In this document: positions 29,451 to 38,784 of the stretch, piece after piece
Position numbering within the stretch: the stretch's first letter is position 1
Layout of the letters: every line of letters begins with the position of its first letter
NCBI GenBank assembly: GCA_947175425.1
Contig: CAMWMR010000006.1
Span: 19,878 to 83,877, forward strand
Source of the DNA: an uncultured Porphyromonadaceae bacterium
Lineage (GTDB): Bacteria; Bacteroidota; Bacteroidia; Bacteroidales; Muribaculaceae
DNA length: 64,000 nucleotides
Direction of reading: 5' to 3'
The notes under the pieces: model-generated
What the model was told of the DNA's origin: nothing
What the model saw: the letters and a program-made list of their open reading frames with translations, nothing else
Databases searched by the model: none
Program-made: the position numbers and the translations under genes

Positions 29451-30116
29451 ATGCTTACTCTTAACGACATCAACAAAATATACCGCACAAAAACAATAGA
29501 AACATGTGCCCTCAACAACGTTAATCTCCATGTTGAAAAGGGCGAATTCCTAAGCATCATGGGACCCTCGGGATGCGGAAAATCCACCTTGCTCAATATC
29601 ATGGGACTGCTCGACCGTCCGACATCGGGAACTGTAACCGTAAATGGCGAGGACGTTACCGGACTTGGCGACCGCGAACTGGCACGTTTCCGAAACCGCA
29701 CTTTCGGCTTCGTTTTCCAAAGTTTCCAGCTTATAAACACTCTTTCGGTTCTCGACAACGTTACGCTTCCTCTGCTCTACCGCAGCAATCCGGGCAATAT
29801 CGAACAGCTTGCCCGCGAGGCCTTGGAAAAAGTGGGACTTTCGCACCGCATGACCCACAAGCCCACACAGCTTTCGGGCGGACAGGCTCAGCGCGTGGCA
29901 ATTGCCCGTGCAATTGTCGGCAATCCGGCCATAATACTTGCCGACGAACCGTGCGGCAATCTCGACTCGCGCATGGGTTCGGAAATTATGGAGCTTCTCC
30001 ACGAGCTTAACACAAGCGACGGCCGCACAATCGTAATGGTGACACACAACGAAAGCCAGGCCAAGGAAACCGACCGCATTGTACATTTCTTCGACGGACA
30101 GCAGGTTACTTTATAA
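29451..30116 (+). CDS. ABC transporter ATP-binding protein (MacB/LolD-type)
   Basis: Walker A GPSGCGKST, signature LSGGQAQRVAIARA, Walker B ILADEPCGNLD and H-loop VTHN. Confidence 0.95.
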   Translation: MLTLNDINKIYRTKTIETCALNNVNLHVEKGEFLSIMGPSGCGKSTLLNIMGLLDRPTSGTVTVNGEDVTGLGDRELARFRNRTFGFVFQSFQLINTLSVLDNVTLPLLYRSNPGNIEQLAREALEKVGLSHRMTHKPTQLSGGQAQRVAIARAIVGNPAIILADEPCGNLDSRMGSEIMELLHELNTSDGRTIVMVTHNESQAKETDRIVHFFDGQQVTL

Positions 30117-31600
30117 TGAAAAAATATATCGCTATTCTATTATTCCTCGGCTGTGCCGTGTGCGCCTCGGCACAGCCGGAGGATTCGCTAAGGCTCTCGC
30201 TCTCCGATGCTGTGGCAATGGCCCGCGTTCGCAGCGTGCAGGCCGATGCCGCCTTGGACGAACTGCGTTCGGCATATTGGCAATACCGCACTTTTCGAGC
30301 CGAGCTTCTGCCGGAAATAAGTTTCAGCGGAACAATTCCGTCCTATGCCAAACGTTACGCCAACTATCAGAATGCCGACGGCAGCTACTCGTTCGTGCGC
30401 GACGACAACCTCTCGATGAACGGTGCCCTTACCCTCTCGCAGCGCATATGGCCAACCGGCGGTACTATATCGCTAACAAGCTCGCTTGAATGGGTACGCC
30501 AATTGGGCGACAACGCAAACAACAGCTTTATGTCGATACCCGTTGCGCTGACGCTCTCGCAACCTCTCTTTGCGGCAAACGATATTAAATGGAACCGTAA
30601 AATTGAACCGGTGCGCTATGCCGAGGCCTGCTCGCAGTTTATGTGCGATACCGAAGAACTTGCCATGAGCGCCATCGATTATTATTTCCGCGTTCTGCTT
30701 GCCCGCGATGCACTGCAGAACTCACGGCAGAATCTCGCCAACAGCGAAAAGCTTTACCGCGTGGCTCTTGCCAAGCGCGAAATGGGACAGATCAGCGAAA
30801 ACGACGTGTTGCAGATTGAGCTATCGCTGCTTCAGGCACGCTCTTCGGTAGCCTCCGACGAAAGCACTCTGCGAAGCTATACTTTCCAACTCGCATCTTT
30901 TCTGGGAATTGAGCCCTCCACTCCGCTGAGCCTTGAATCGCCCGAACGCCTGCCCGATTTCTCGGTTGATTTTGCCGAAGCTCTCGATTATGCGCACCGG
31001 TACAATCCGCTGGCAAACAATCAACGCCGCCGCCAGCTCGAGGCCGACTACGATGTTGCCAAAGCCCGCGGCAACATGCGCGATATAAATATTTTTGCCC
31101 AGGTTGGCTACACAGGAACCGACAAGCGGCCTGCGGGAGCTTACAGAAATTTGCGCGACAATCAGGTTATTGAAGTGGGTGTGAGCATTCCTCTGCTCGA
31201 CTGGGGAAAACGCCGCGCCGCCGTCAAGGTTGCCGAAAGCAAAAAGGAACTTGTTGCCAATACTCTGCGCAAGGAAGCCATGGATTTCAACAGCAACCTC
31301 TTTGTGCTGGTGGAGCGTTTCAACAAACAGCGCGAGCAGCTTCATATTGCCGAACGTGCTGCCGCCATTGCAAAAAAACGCTATGAGACAAATGTTGAAA
31401 CTTTTATGGTGGGACGCATTTCCACTCTCGACCTCAACGACTCGCGCCAAAGCAAAGACAATGCTACACAGACACTTCTTAACGAGCTCTACTACTATTG
31501 GAGCTACTATTACCAGTTACGTAGCATAACTCTTTACGATTTCGCAAGCAACAGAATTATTGAAGCGGATATTGAAGCGGCCTTGCGACAATTGCAATAA
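30116..31600 (+). CDS. TolC family outer-membrane efflux protein
   Basis: 494 aa with a signal peptide. Shows the duplicated alpha-helical/beta-barrel repeat composition typical of OEP family proteins. Confidence 0.85.
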   Translation: MKKYIAILLFLGCAVCASAQPEDSLRLSLSDAVAMARVRSVQADAALDELRSAYWQYRTFRAELLPEISFSGTIPSYAKRYANYQNADGSYSFVRDDNLSMNGALTLSQRIWPTGGTISLTSSLEWVRQLGDNANNSFMSIPVALTLSQPLFAANDIKWNRKIEPVRYAEACSQFMCDTEELAMSAIDYYFRVLLARDALQNSRQNLANSEKLYRVALAKREMGQISENDVLQIELSLLQARSSVASDESTLRSYTFQLASFLGIEPSTPLSLESPERLPDFSVDFAEALDYAHRYNPLANNQRRRQLEADYDVAKARGNMRDINIFAQVGYTGTDKRPAGAYRNLRDNQVIEVGVSIPLLDWGKRRAAVKVAESKKELVANTLRKEAMDFNSNLFVLVERFNKQREQLHIAERAAAIAKKRYETNVETFMVGRISTLDLNDSRQSKDNATQTLLNELYYYWSYYYQLRSITLYDFASNRIIEADIEAALRQLQ

Positions 31601-31618
31601 TTTTTGTAACTTTGGGCT

Positions 31619-32920
31619 ATGATTCTTATTGTTGATGACGACAGTTCCATATTACTGTCTCTCCGCACCTTACTGAGGCGGGAGGGATACGAGGCCGCCA
31701 CAGCTTCCTCTCCGGCCGAAGCCATAGATTTTGTGCGTGTCACAAAACCCGAGCTTGTGCTGATGGACATGAACTACTCCCGTGCCACCGACGGCGCCGA
31801 GGGGCTGGAACTGTTGCGTGCGCTTAAAATTTTCTGCCCGCACACCCCCATAATACTCATGACGGCATGGGGTAGCATCGACCTTGCCGTTGGAGGCATG
31901 CGTGCCGGAGCATTCGATTTCCTCACAAAACCGTGGGACAGACGCATTCTGCTCGAGCGCGTGGCGACAGCGCTCAAACTCGCCGACAATACCGAATCCA
32001 CTAAAGCCGCAAGTTTCAACCGCTCGGCAATAATAGGTTCCGACCCGGCTCTTTTGCGCGCACTGGAACTTGCCGAACGTGTCGCGCCCACCGATGCTTC
32101 GGTACTTATTACCGGCGAAAGCGGAACCGGCAAGGAACTCATTGCCGAAGCCGTGCACCGGAACAGCCGACGCGCCGACAAAGCTTTTGTAAAGGTCAAT
32201 CTCGGCGGAGTTCCACAGACGCTTTTCGAAAGTGAAATGTTCGGTTACCGAAAAGGAGCGTTTACAGGAGCGGTAGCCGACCGTACGGGACGCTTTGAAG
32301 CCGCCGACGGAGGAACTATTTTTCTTGACGAGATAGGCGAACTCGATGCGCCCTCGCAAGTGAAAATGTTGCGAGTGCTCCAGGAACAAAGCTTTGAGCC
32401 GCTCGGCAGCAGTGTCACCCGGCACGTTGACGTGCGCGTTGTTTGTGCAACAAACGCCAATCTGCCAAAAATGGTGGCCGAGCATTCGTTCCGCGAGGAT
32501 TTGTACTACCGCATAAACCTTGTGGAAATAAAAATTCCGCCGTTGCGCGAACGCGCATCCGATATAGGCGTGCTTGCAAGGCACTTTGCATCGGCGCCGC
32601 AGTTCGGAAATGTTGAAATCGACGACGATGCCGTTGCTTTTCTTCGCGCACTCCCCTTCCCCGGAAATATCCGGGAATTGAAGAATCTTGTGGAGCGTGC
32701 CATTCTTGTCAGCGGCAAAAACCTGCTTTCGGCTGCCGACTTCAAACCTTTGGCCAACACAACACCAATTGTCGACGGCAACACGCTGGAACAGATGGAG
32801 CGTCGGCGTATAGAGCAGGCGCTGGCCGATGCCGACGGCAATATATCCCGAGCGGCTGCAGCCTTGGGATTGTCGCGACCGGCATTGTACCGACGCCTGG
32901 AAAAATACGGCTTGCAATGA
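31619..32920 (+). CDS. sigma-54-dependent response regulator (NtrC-type enhancer-binding protein)
   Basis: REC domain (IVDDD...MDMNY), AAA+ domain with Walker A GESGTGKE, the sigma-54 contact motif GAFTGA (KGAFTGAV), and a C-terminal Fis-type HTH. Confidence 0.95.
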   Translation: MILIVDDDSSILLSLRTLLRREGYEAATASSPAEAIDFVRVTKPELVLMDMNYSRATDGAEGLELLRALKIFCPHTPIILMTAWGSIDLAVGGMRAGAFDFLTKPWDRRILLERVATALKLADNTESTKAASFNRSAIIGSDPALLRALELAERVAPTDASVLITGESGTGKELIAEAVHRNSRRADKAFVKVNLGGVPQTLFESEMFGYRKGAFTGAVADRTGRFEAADGGTIFLDEIGELDAPSQVKMLRVLQEQSFEPLGSSVTRHVDVRVVCATNANLPKMVAEHSFREDLYYRINLVEIKIPPLRERASDIGVLARHFASAPQFGNVEIDDDAVAFLRALPFPGNIRELKNLVERAILVSGKNLLSAADFKPLANTTPIVDGNTLEQMERRRIEQALADADGNISRAAAALGLSRPALYRRLEKYGLQ

Positions 32921-34146
32921 GTCTGAGGCTGTTCTTCATATTATTCAATCTTTTACAGCTGCCGGTCTACATCGTGGCCATGTGGCTGAGCTTCGACAAG
33001 CATCTTTGGATTTTTTACACCGCCGAACTTCTGTTTGTTGCCAACATTCTGTTTTCCATTGTCTTTTATCGCAAGGTACTTGTCCCGCTGGAAGTACTTT
33101 CGGGCGCACTCGACATGCTTAAAGCACAGGACTGGAATGTGCAGCTGCGCCGGACAGGGCAACCCGAAGCCGACGCGCTGGTAGATGTTTTCAACGGTAT
33201 GATGCGCAAGCTCCATAACCAGCGTTTGCTGTTGAGAGAGGAACAGCACTTTTTATCCATGCTCGTGGCCGAAGCGCCAATAGGGGTTGTCGTTTGCGAT
33301 TTCGACGGCAAAATAATAATTGCCAACGAAGCCGCAGGCAATCTGGCGGGAGCCGTTGCCGGCGAACATCTGCCCCGACTTCTTGCCGAAATCAAACCGG
33401 GCACCGACATGACCATGCGCCGCGACCATGCCCACAGCCTCCGTTGCTCCCGCCGCTCGTTTATTCGCGAGGGCGTTCCTCACGAGTTTTTTATTATAGA
33501 AAACACCACCGAAATCATAGCAAGCGCCGAACGGGAGGCATATGCAAAAATCATAAGGCTTATGGCTCACGAGGTAAACAATACCGTTGCCGGACTGCTC
33601 ACAGCCTTGGATACTCTGGACCTGAGCGGCGATGAGGCCGAGCTTATAGCAAGCTGCCGCAAGCGGGCTATGGAACTTGTTGATTTCATTCGACGTTATG
33701 CCGAGCTTGTAAAAACACCCGCACCCATACTTAAGCCCATGGACAGCTCGGCGCCGGTTATCGGTTGCCGACGCTTCTTGGAAAGCATGTGCAGCAGCCG
33801 CAACATAAAACTCGACATAGAAATTGCCGATACCGCGATTGTTCAGGCCGATGAAACTCTGCTCAGCCAGGTGCTGGTGAATATTGTTAAAAACGCTTGC
33901 GAGAGCATACGTTCCGACGGGCGTATAGTAATTAGAGTGGACGGACGGAACATAAGCGTAACCGACAACGGCAAAGGCATATCCCCCGAAAAACAAGCAT
34001 GCATATTCACTCCTTTCTTCACCGACAAACCAGGCGGACAAGGCATAGGGCTCATGTTTGTAAGCGAGGTGCTGAAGGGACATGCCTGCTCGTTCTCTCT
34101 TGCCACCGACGACAACGGACTCACAAGCTTCCACATAAAATTCTGA
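32917..34146 (+). CDS. sensor histidine kinase
   Basis: Two N-terminal TM helices, a HAMP-like linker, a PAS-like segment, an H-box RLMAHEVNNTVAGL, and a HATPase_c domain (DNGKGI, GGQGIGL). Confidence 0.85.
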   Translation: MSLRLFFILFNLLQLPVYIVAMWLSFDKHLWIFYTAELLFVANILFSIVFYRKVLVPLEVLSGALDMLKAQDWNVQLRRTGQPEADALVDVFNGMMRKLHNQRLLLREEQHFLSMLVAEAPIGVVVCDFDGKIIIANEAAGNLAGAVAGEHLPRLLAEIKPGTDMTMRRDHAHSLRCSRRSFIREGVPHEFFIIENTTEIIASAEREAYAKIIRLMAHEVNNTVAGLLTALDTLDLSGDEAELIASCRKRAMELVDFIRRYAELVKTPAPILKPMDSSAPVIGCRRFLESMCSSRNIKLDIEIADTAIVQADETLLSQVLVNIVKNACESIRSDGRIVIRVDGRNISVTDNGKGISPEKQACIFTPFFTDKPGGQGIGLMFVSEVLKGHACSFSLATDDNGLTSFHIKF

Positions 34147-34150
34147 TACC

Positions 34151-35479
34151 TTGATGAAAAAACTCCTTTCACTACTTCTGTTGCTTGCACCTGCGGCTTT
34201 TGGCGCGGAAATATTGGACGGAAAGCTCGACAACTCCAAAATTTATCCCGGAACGGTGCACACTTTCAAAGTATCCGTACCCGAAAATTACAAGGCCGAC
34301 GGCAGCGCCGGATTATACCTTGGACTGGACGGCATTCTGTGCAACGCCCCCGAAGTGCTCGACAGCCTTGCCGCAACGGGCGATATTCCTCCGCTTGTGG
34401 GAGTATATCTCCAGCCGGGACTTATATGCCGAGGCGACACCGTGCTTCGCTATAACCGCAGCAATGAATTCGATGCCACCGATGCCCGTTTCGCACGTTT
34501 TCTTGAAACCGAACTGTTACCGGAAGTGAATAAAATGCTCACAAGCAAAGGCGAGCATATTAATTGGCGCTCAGGAGGCGAAAATGCCATGATTTTCGGA
34601 TTGAGCAGCGGAGGAATCGCCGCATTTACGGCTGCATGGCATCGCCCCGACCTTTTCGGGCGCGTTTTCAGCGGATGCGGAACTTTTGTTCCCATGCGCG
34701 GCGGCAACGAGCTGCAGGCTATTGTGCGCAAAAGTGAACCGCGAGCTCTGCGAATTTTCCTTCAGGACGGTTTTTCCGACACCTGGAATCCGCTTTTCGG
34801 CTCGTGGTACGAAGCGAACCGAATGCTTGGCACGGCATTGGATTTCGCCGGCTACACCGCCTCATACGACTGGCAGGAAGGAGGCCACAGTGTTAAACGC
34901 GCTTCCGAAATTTTTGCCGATGTGGTGAAATGGCTTTGGCAGGAAAAGCCGCAGAAAGGAACAAGCGGCAACGCCACTCTTGCCCCTATTATGGAAAATT
35001 CGGAAGAATGGCTTATGGGAAAACCTGCTGTATACACATACAGCAACGAAGCCGTTTATCCCGACGGCTCCCTTATTGCCTTGAACGAAGATAATTCCAA
35101 CGGCATATGGCAATACATAACGGATAGCGACGGAAAACGGCTTTTCGGCCAGATATTCTATTGGCTGCACTCCTACGGCACCGGCTCTCTACACAAAGGC
35201 GGCATGACTTTCGACGCCGACGGAATGCTGTGGGTTGCCACAGAGGCAGGCATCCAGGTGTGCGACCAAAACGGACGTGTGCGAGCCATTTTAGACCTGC
35301 CGGCGGCATTGAAACAAGCTTTTGCCGATATACCCCGGAAAAATCATTTAAAAAACAGCTCATTAGTTATAAGCGATAACAAACTCACATTATACACCCC
35401 CTCGGCACGCTACACCCGCATTCTTAATGTCCGTGCGGCTCGCGAAGGACAACGTCCCGAAAGTCAGGGACAAGGATAA
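34151..35479 (+). CDS. secreted esterase-family (alpha/beta hydrolase) protein fused to an SMP-30/gluconolactonase-like beta-propeller region
   Basis: Signal peptide. Esterase nucleophile-elbow context IFGLSSGGIAAF. The C-terminal half has propeller-like repeats. Confidence 0.55.
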   Translation: MMKKLLSLLLLLAPAAFGAEILDGKLDNSKIYPGTVHTFKVSVPENYKADGSAGLYLGLDGILCNAPEVLDSLAATGDIPPLVGVYLQPGLICRGDTVLRYNRSNEFDATDARFARFLETELLPEVNKMLTSKGEHINWRSGGENAMIFGLSSGGIAAFTAAWHRPDLFGRVFSGCGTFVPMRGGNELQAIVRKSEPRALRIFLQDGFSDTWNPLFGSWYEANRMLGTALDFAGYTASYDWQEGGHSVKRASEIFADVVKWLWQEKPQKGTSGNATLAPIMENSEEWLMGKPAVYTYSNEAVYPDGSLIALNEDNSNGIWQYITDSDGKRLFGQIFYWLHSYGTGSLHKGGMTFDADGMLWVATEAGIQVCDQNGRVRAILDLPAALKQAFADIPRKNHLKNSSLVISDNKLTLYTPSARYTRILNVRAAREGQRPESQGQG

Positions 35480-35491
35480 AATACCACCGAT

Positions 35492-36025
35492 ATGAGCAAG
35501 ATTAAAAGTATTGTTTTCTGGATAATCTATGCACTGTTGTGCATAGGCATTTATGTGTGGGGGCTCATCCTTTACATGCGCACCTTTGTACAATGGTGGA
35601 TGCCCGTGGTTTTCGGACTTGCGGCAGCATTTATTCTTTGGTTTCCATGGCGCTCCAAATGGAAATTCATAAAAAGCCGCATTGGCGCGTTCTGCGCCCA
35701 CATGGCACTTTTTTCTATAATTGCCGGCACCGGTGTAATGGCTCTGAACTACTACAGCGCCGATAACTCTAAAAAAAGTACCCAAAACGGTGAGGTTATT
35801 CACAAATATACCGAACTGCACAAACCAAGTCACCGTGTAGGACGTCGCCGAGTATATTCCAAGCCATATACCGAGTATTATCTACGCATACAGCTTGAAA
35901 ACGGCTTATACAAAGATTTTAAAGTAACCCAAAAGCGCTATAACCGCACACGCAGCGGCTCGACAATCCCCATGGACATAACCCCCGGCGCCCTCGGCTA
36001 TCCGGTAACCGACTTCTCGATATGA
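35492..36025 (+). CDS. hypothetical membrane protein
   Basis: 177 aa. Three predicted TM helices are followed by a basic soluble tail. No family recognised. Confidence 0.45.
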   Translation: MSKIKSIVFWIIYALLCIGIYVWGLILYMRTFVQWWMPVVFGLAAAFILWFPWRSKWKFIKSRIGAFCAHMALFSIIAGTGVMALNYYSADNSKKSTQNGEVIHKYTELHKPSHRVGRRRVYSKPYTEYYLRIQLENGLYKDFKVTQKRYNRTRSGSTIPMDITPGALGYPVTDFSI

Positions 36026-36066
36026 GCACAGCGGCTGACAATCATTCGATTATCAGCCGCTGCAAG

Positions 36067-36148
36067 TACCCGGACCCGGGATCGAACCGGGATGGGTTGC
36101 CCCAACGGTGTTTGAGACCGTCGCGTCTACCGATTCCGCCATCCGGGC
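36067..36148 (-). tRNA. tRNA-Leu (anticodon CAA), long variable arm, CCA not encoded
   Basis: Reverse complement is GCCCGGATGGCGGAATCGGTAGACGCGACGGTCTCAAACACCGTTGGGGCAACCCATCCCGGTTCGATCCCGGGTCCGGGTA. Anticodon stem is ACGGT/ACCGT with loop CTCAAAC, and the T-loop is TTCGATC. 82 nt. Confidence 0.88.
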
Positions 36149-36156
36149 ATACGGTG

Positions 36157-36164
36157 CAAAGGTA
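36157..36164 (-). promoter_or_regulatory. Bacteroidetes -7 promoter box (TAccTTTG) for tRNA-Leu
   Basis: Plus strand CAAAGGTA is TACCTTTG on the minus strand, ending 8 nt upstream of the tRNA 5' end. Confidence 0.5.
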
Positions 36165-36210
36165 CAAACTATTTTTTTTCTGTGCAAATATTTTTCAACA
36201 TCGCGAAAAA

Positions 36211-36786
36211 TCAATTCGGCGACTGAGCCTCATTCAACGGTGTCATGTGATAGCCCAAAGCATTAAGCTCCATGGCCATGCCTGCAGAATACAGGGCATG
36301 CAGAGCCGCTATGTAGCATCCGAGGGCGGCTTCGGTTCCCGGCTCGACATGCTCGTGATTGATAAGGTTCAGCACGCAGGCGGCACAGTCGGCCACCAAA
36401 GCGGTAACTTTTTCGGCACTTTCGCCACGATAGCCCAGAAGTTCCTCAACAACAGCTTCGTCCATATTATCGTAGCCTTTCATGTCGCGAAGCTCCTGAT
36501 AGTAATTATCGCGCACGTGATGCTTCTCCCAGTCGGTATCCCAATAGTAGGCCATACTCATTCCTATGAGCATCATCCAACCCAGAGACACCACAGGATA
36601 ATTCTGAAACTCGCGGGCACCGTCGGGAAGATATGCGCGTGCGACAAGAGGCCATTTCTCCTCCACATCGGGGCATTCGGGAACTATTGAATCCAAAGCG
36701 CCTTTGCTTTGAAGATATGATGTGAGACGTTCTCGAACTTTTTCCTCAAACTTGTCAACGAGTTCTTTGCTGTCGGAAGTATTCAT
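36211..36786 (-). CDS. hypothetical cytoplasmic protein
   Basis: ORF 36211..36855. Preferred start is MNTSDSKELV (ATG at 36786), because a TAatTTTG box (minus strand, 36860-36867) would place the TSS downstream of the upstream ATG. No family recognised. Confidence 0.5.
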   Translation of the reverse strand: MNTSDSKELVDKFEEKVRERLTSYLQSKGALDSIVPECPDVEEKWPLVARAYLPDGAREFQNYPVVSLGWMMLIGMSMAYYWDTDWEKHHVRDNYYQELRDMKGYDNMDEAVVEELLGYRGESAEKVTALVADCAACVLNLINHEHVEPGTEAALGCYIAALHALYSAGMAMELNALGYHMTPLNEAQSPN

Positions 36787-36991
36787 TGTCTTATGTAGTT
36801 TTATATTGTTACGGGCTGCCTCATAAACCCCAAAAGGAGCGCATTTGTTCGGCATTCCGCAAAATTAATGAATTAATTGCAGCAGGACAAAATTCAGCAC
36901 GCTTCTTCTTTTAGGTTATTTATATGTTATAATGGAACTTTATTGGCGCTTTTTAGTTAAATTTGCCGGAAAGATACAAAATTTGCACATA

Positions 36992-37219
36992 ATGAAAGAC
37001 GAATCAAATACTATGCCTGCAACTTATGCCGAGGCATTGGCAGAGTTGGAAGGCATTCTTGCAGGACTGCGTTCGGAGGGTTGCGACATCGACACTCTTG
37101 CGGCTCGCACGCGCCGCGCGGCAGCTCTGCTGGCATTCTGTCGCAGCCGCCTCACCCGCACCGAGGAAGAACTTTCCAAGGTTCTTGAGGAACTGGACGG
37201 AACGCTTGAAAGTTCTTAA
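36992..37219 (+). CDS. xseB: exodeoxyribonuclease VII small subunit
   Basis: ORF 36932..37219. Preferred start is MKDESNT (ATG 36992). The pattern YAEALAELEGILAGLRSEGCDIDTLAARTRRAAALLAFCRSRL matches the XseB helical hairpin (FEEAL.ELE.IV..LE...L.LE). Confidence 0.7.
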   Translation: MKDESNTMPATYAEALAELEGILAGLRSEGCDIDTLAARTRRAAALLAFCRSRLTRTEEELSKVLEELDGTLESS

Positions 37220-37229
37220 ACAATAAAAT

Positions 37230-38771
37230 ATGCTTGACTTTACTCCTTTACTTCGTCCATATTTTGCACATATAGTCGCGCAGCGGGCCAAATGGTCGAC
37301 TCCTGCCGGGCTTGAGAGTGTGCAGCGGGCGCTGCTGCAGAAATTGCTGCACCGCGCCGCCGACACTGTTCAAGGCTTGCAGTACGACTACGGGAAACTC
37401 CGCAGCTACAACGATTATGCATCTGCGGTACCTGTATCGGAGTACGAAGATATACGCCCGCTTGTGGAGCGCATGCTTGCCGGAGAAGCCGATATTCTAT
37501 GGCCGGGACAGTGCAGGCGTTTTGCACAGTCGTCGGGAACATCAGGGGGAAAGAGCAAATACATTCCGGTTACCGATGCCGCTCTAAAGCTTAACCATTA
37601 TGCCGGAGGAGCACAGGCGGTAGCATCCTACCTTTCCATTGCTCCGCACAGCAGGCTGTTCGGCGGAAAGAGTTTTATTCTGGGAGGAAGTTTTGCAAAC
37701 GAACTTGGCAAATTGCCCCCCGGAACACTCGTGGGCGACCTTTCGGCAAACCTCATCGATGCCATAAATCCGGCGGTGAACCTTCTTCGCATACCGCGAA
37801 AATCGACGGCGCTGCTCAGCGACTGGAACGTCAAGCTGCCCGCATTGGTAGAGGCTTCGTTAAAAGCCGACATAACAAATATTTCGGGCGTACCAAGCTG
37901 GTTCCTCGGTGTATTGCGGGGAGTGCTGGAACGTACGGGAGCTTCCAATATTCACGAGGTGTGGCCTAATCTTGAAGTGTTTTTCCACGGAGGCATATCC
38001 TTTGCGCCTTACCGCGAGGAATACAACTCCATTATGGCTCCCGGGAAAATGTGCTACATCGAGAATTATAATGCCTCCGAAGGCTTCTTTGCCGTTCAGG
38101 ATACGGCCGACAGCGACAAAGGCATGCTCCTTTTGGCCGACAGCGGTATATTTTTTGAATTCGTGCCTCTCGACAGTCTTTCGCAGGCTTCGGCCGCAAT
38201 TCCTGCATGGGAAGTGGAAGAAGGCCGCACATATGCCTTGCTTATAAGTTCGTGCAACGGATTGTGGCGCTACTCCCCGGGCGATACTGTTCGTATAGAA
38301 AGCACATCGCCGCTTCGCATAAGTGTTGCCGGACGCACCAACAGTTACATCAATGCTTTCGGCGAAGAGCTGATGGTGTGGAATGCCGAGGCGGCAATGG
38401 CCCGCGCCTGTGCCGCCACCGGAGCACGTGTGGCAAATTACACAGCCGCACCGGTATATACATCCTGCCGCACAAAGGGACACCACCAGTGGCTTGTAGA
38501 ATGGACAACTCCCCCGGCCTGCGGCACGGAGAAATTCGCCGATATCCTCGACCGCGAATTACAGGCCGTAAACTCTGATTATCAGGCCAAACGCAGCTCC
38601 GATATTTTTCTTGCGCGGCTTGAACTGGTAACAGTTCCGGCAGGAACTTTCAACGCATGGCTTAAATCCACCGGACGGCTCGGCGGACAACGAAAAATTC
38701 CCCGGCTGAACAACGACCGGCGTATTGCCGATGCTATTTTGCAAATTGCTGATAAAAACACAAATCCATAA
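37230..38771 (+). CDS. GH3 family (auxin-responsive-promoter-like) acyl-adenylate-forming enzyme
   Basis: 513 aa. SSGTSGGKSKYIP is the GH3/ANL-type P-loop, and overall length and composition match Bacteroidetes GH3-domain proteins. Confidence 0.75.
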   Translation: MLDFTPLLRPYFAHIVAQRAKWSTPAGLESVQRALLQKLLHRAADTVQGLQYDYGKLRSYNDYASAVPVSEYEDIRPLVERMLAGEADILWPGQCRRFAQSSGTSGGKSKYIPVTDAALKLNHYAGGAQAVASYLSIAPHSRLFGGKSFILGGSFANELGKLPPGTLVGDLSANLIDAINPAVNLLRIPRKSTALLSDWNVKLPALVEASLKADITNISGVPSWFLGVLRGVLERTGASNIHEVWPNLEVFFHGGISFAPYREEYNSIMAPGKMCYIENYNASEGFFAVQDTADSDKGMLLLADSGIFFEFVPLDSLSQASAAIPAWEVEEGRTYALLISSCNGLWRYSPGDTVRIESTSPLRISVAGRTNSYINAFGEELMVWNAEAAMARACAATGARVANYTAAPVYTSCRTKGHHQWLVEWTTPPACGTEKFADILDRELQAVNSDYQAKRSSDIFLARLELVTVPAGTFNAWLKSTGRLGGQRKIPRLNNDRRIADAILQIADKNTNP

Positions 38772-38784
38772 CTCTTAAAATACT

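Noticed and set aside
36029-36062. Perfect 10-bp hairpin CAGCGGCTGA/TCAGCCGCTG between the membrane-protein gene and tRNA-Leu, considered as a terminator.
   Set aside because: No U-run follows it on either strand, so I did not call it an intrinsic terminator. It may still act as a processing or stability element.
35492-36210. tRNA-Leu as an integration hotspot, with the flanking hypothetical genes as a possible island.
   Set aside because: I saw no duplicated copy of the tRNA 3' end, no integrase or other mobility gene, and no obvious compositional shift on either side.
36022-36690. 222-aa plus-strand ORF spanning the tRNA-Leu gene and the region opposite the 36211..36786 gene.
   Set aside because: It reads straight through a well-formed tRNA and is antisense to a better-supported ORF. 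The translation is low-complexity with no motifs.
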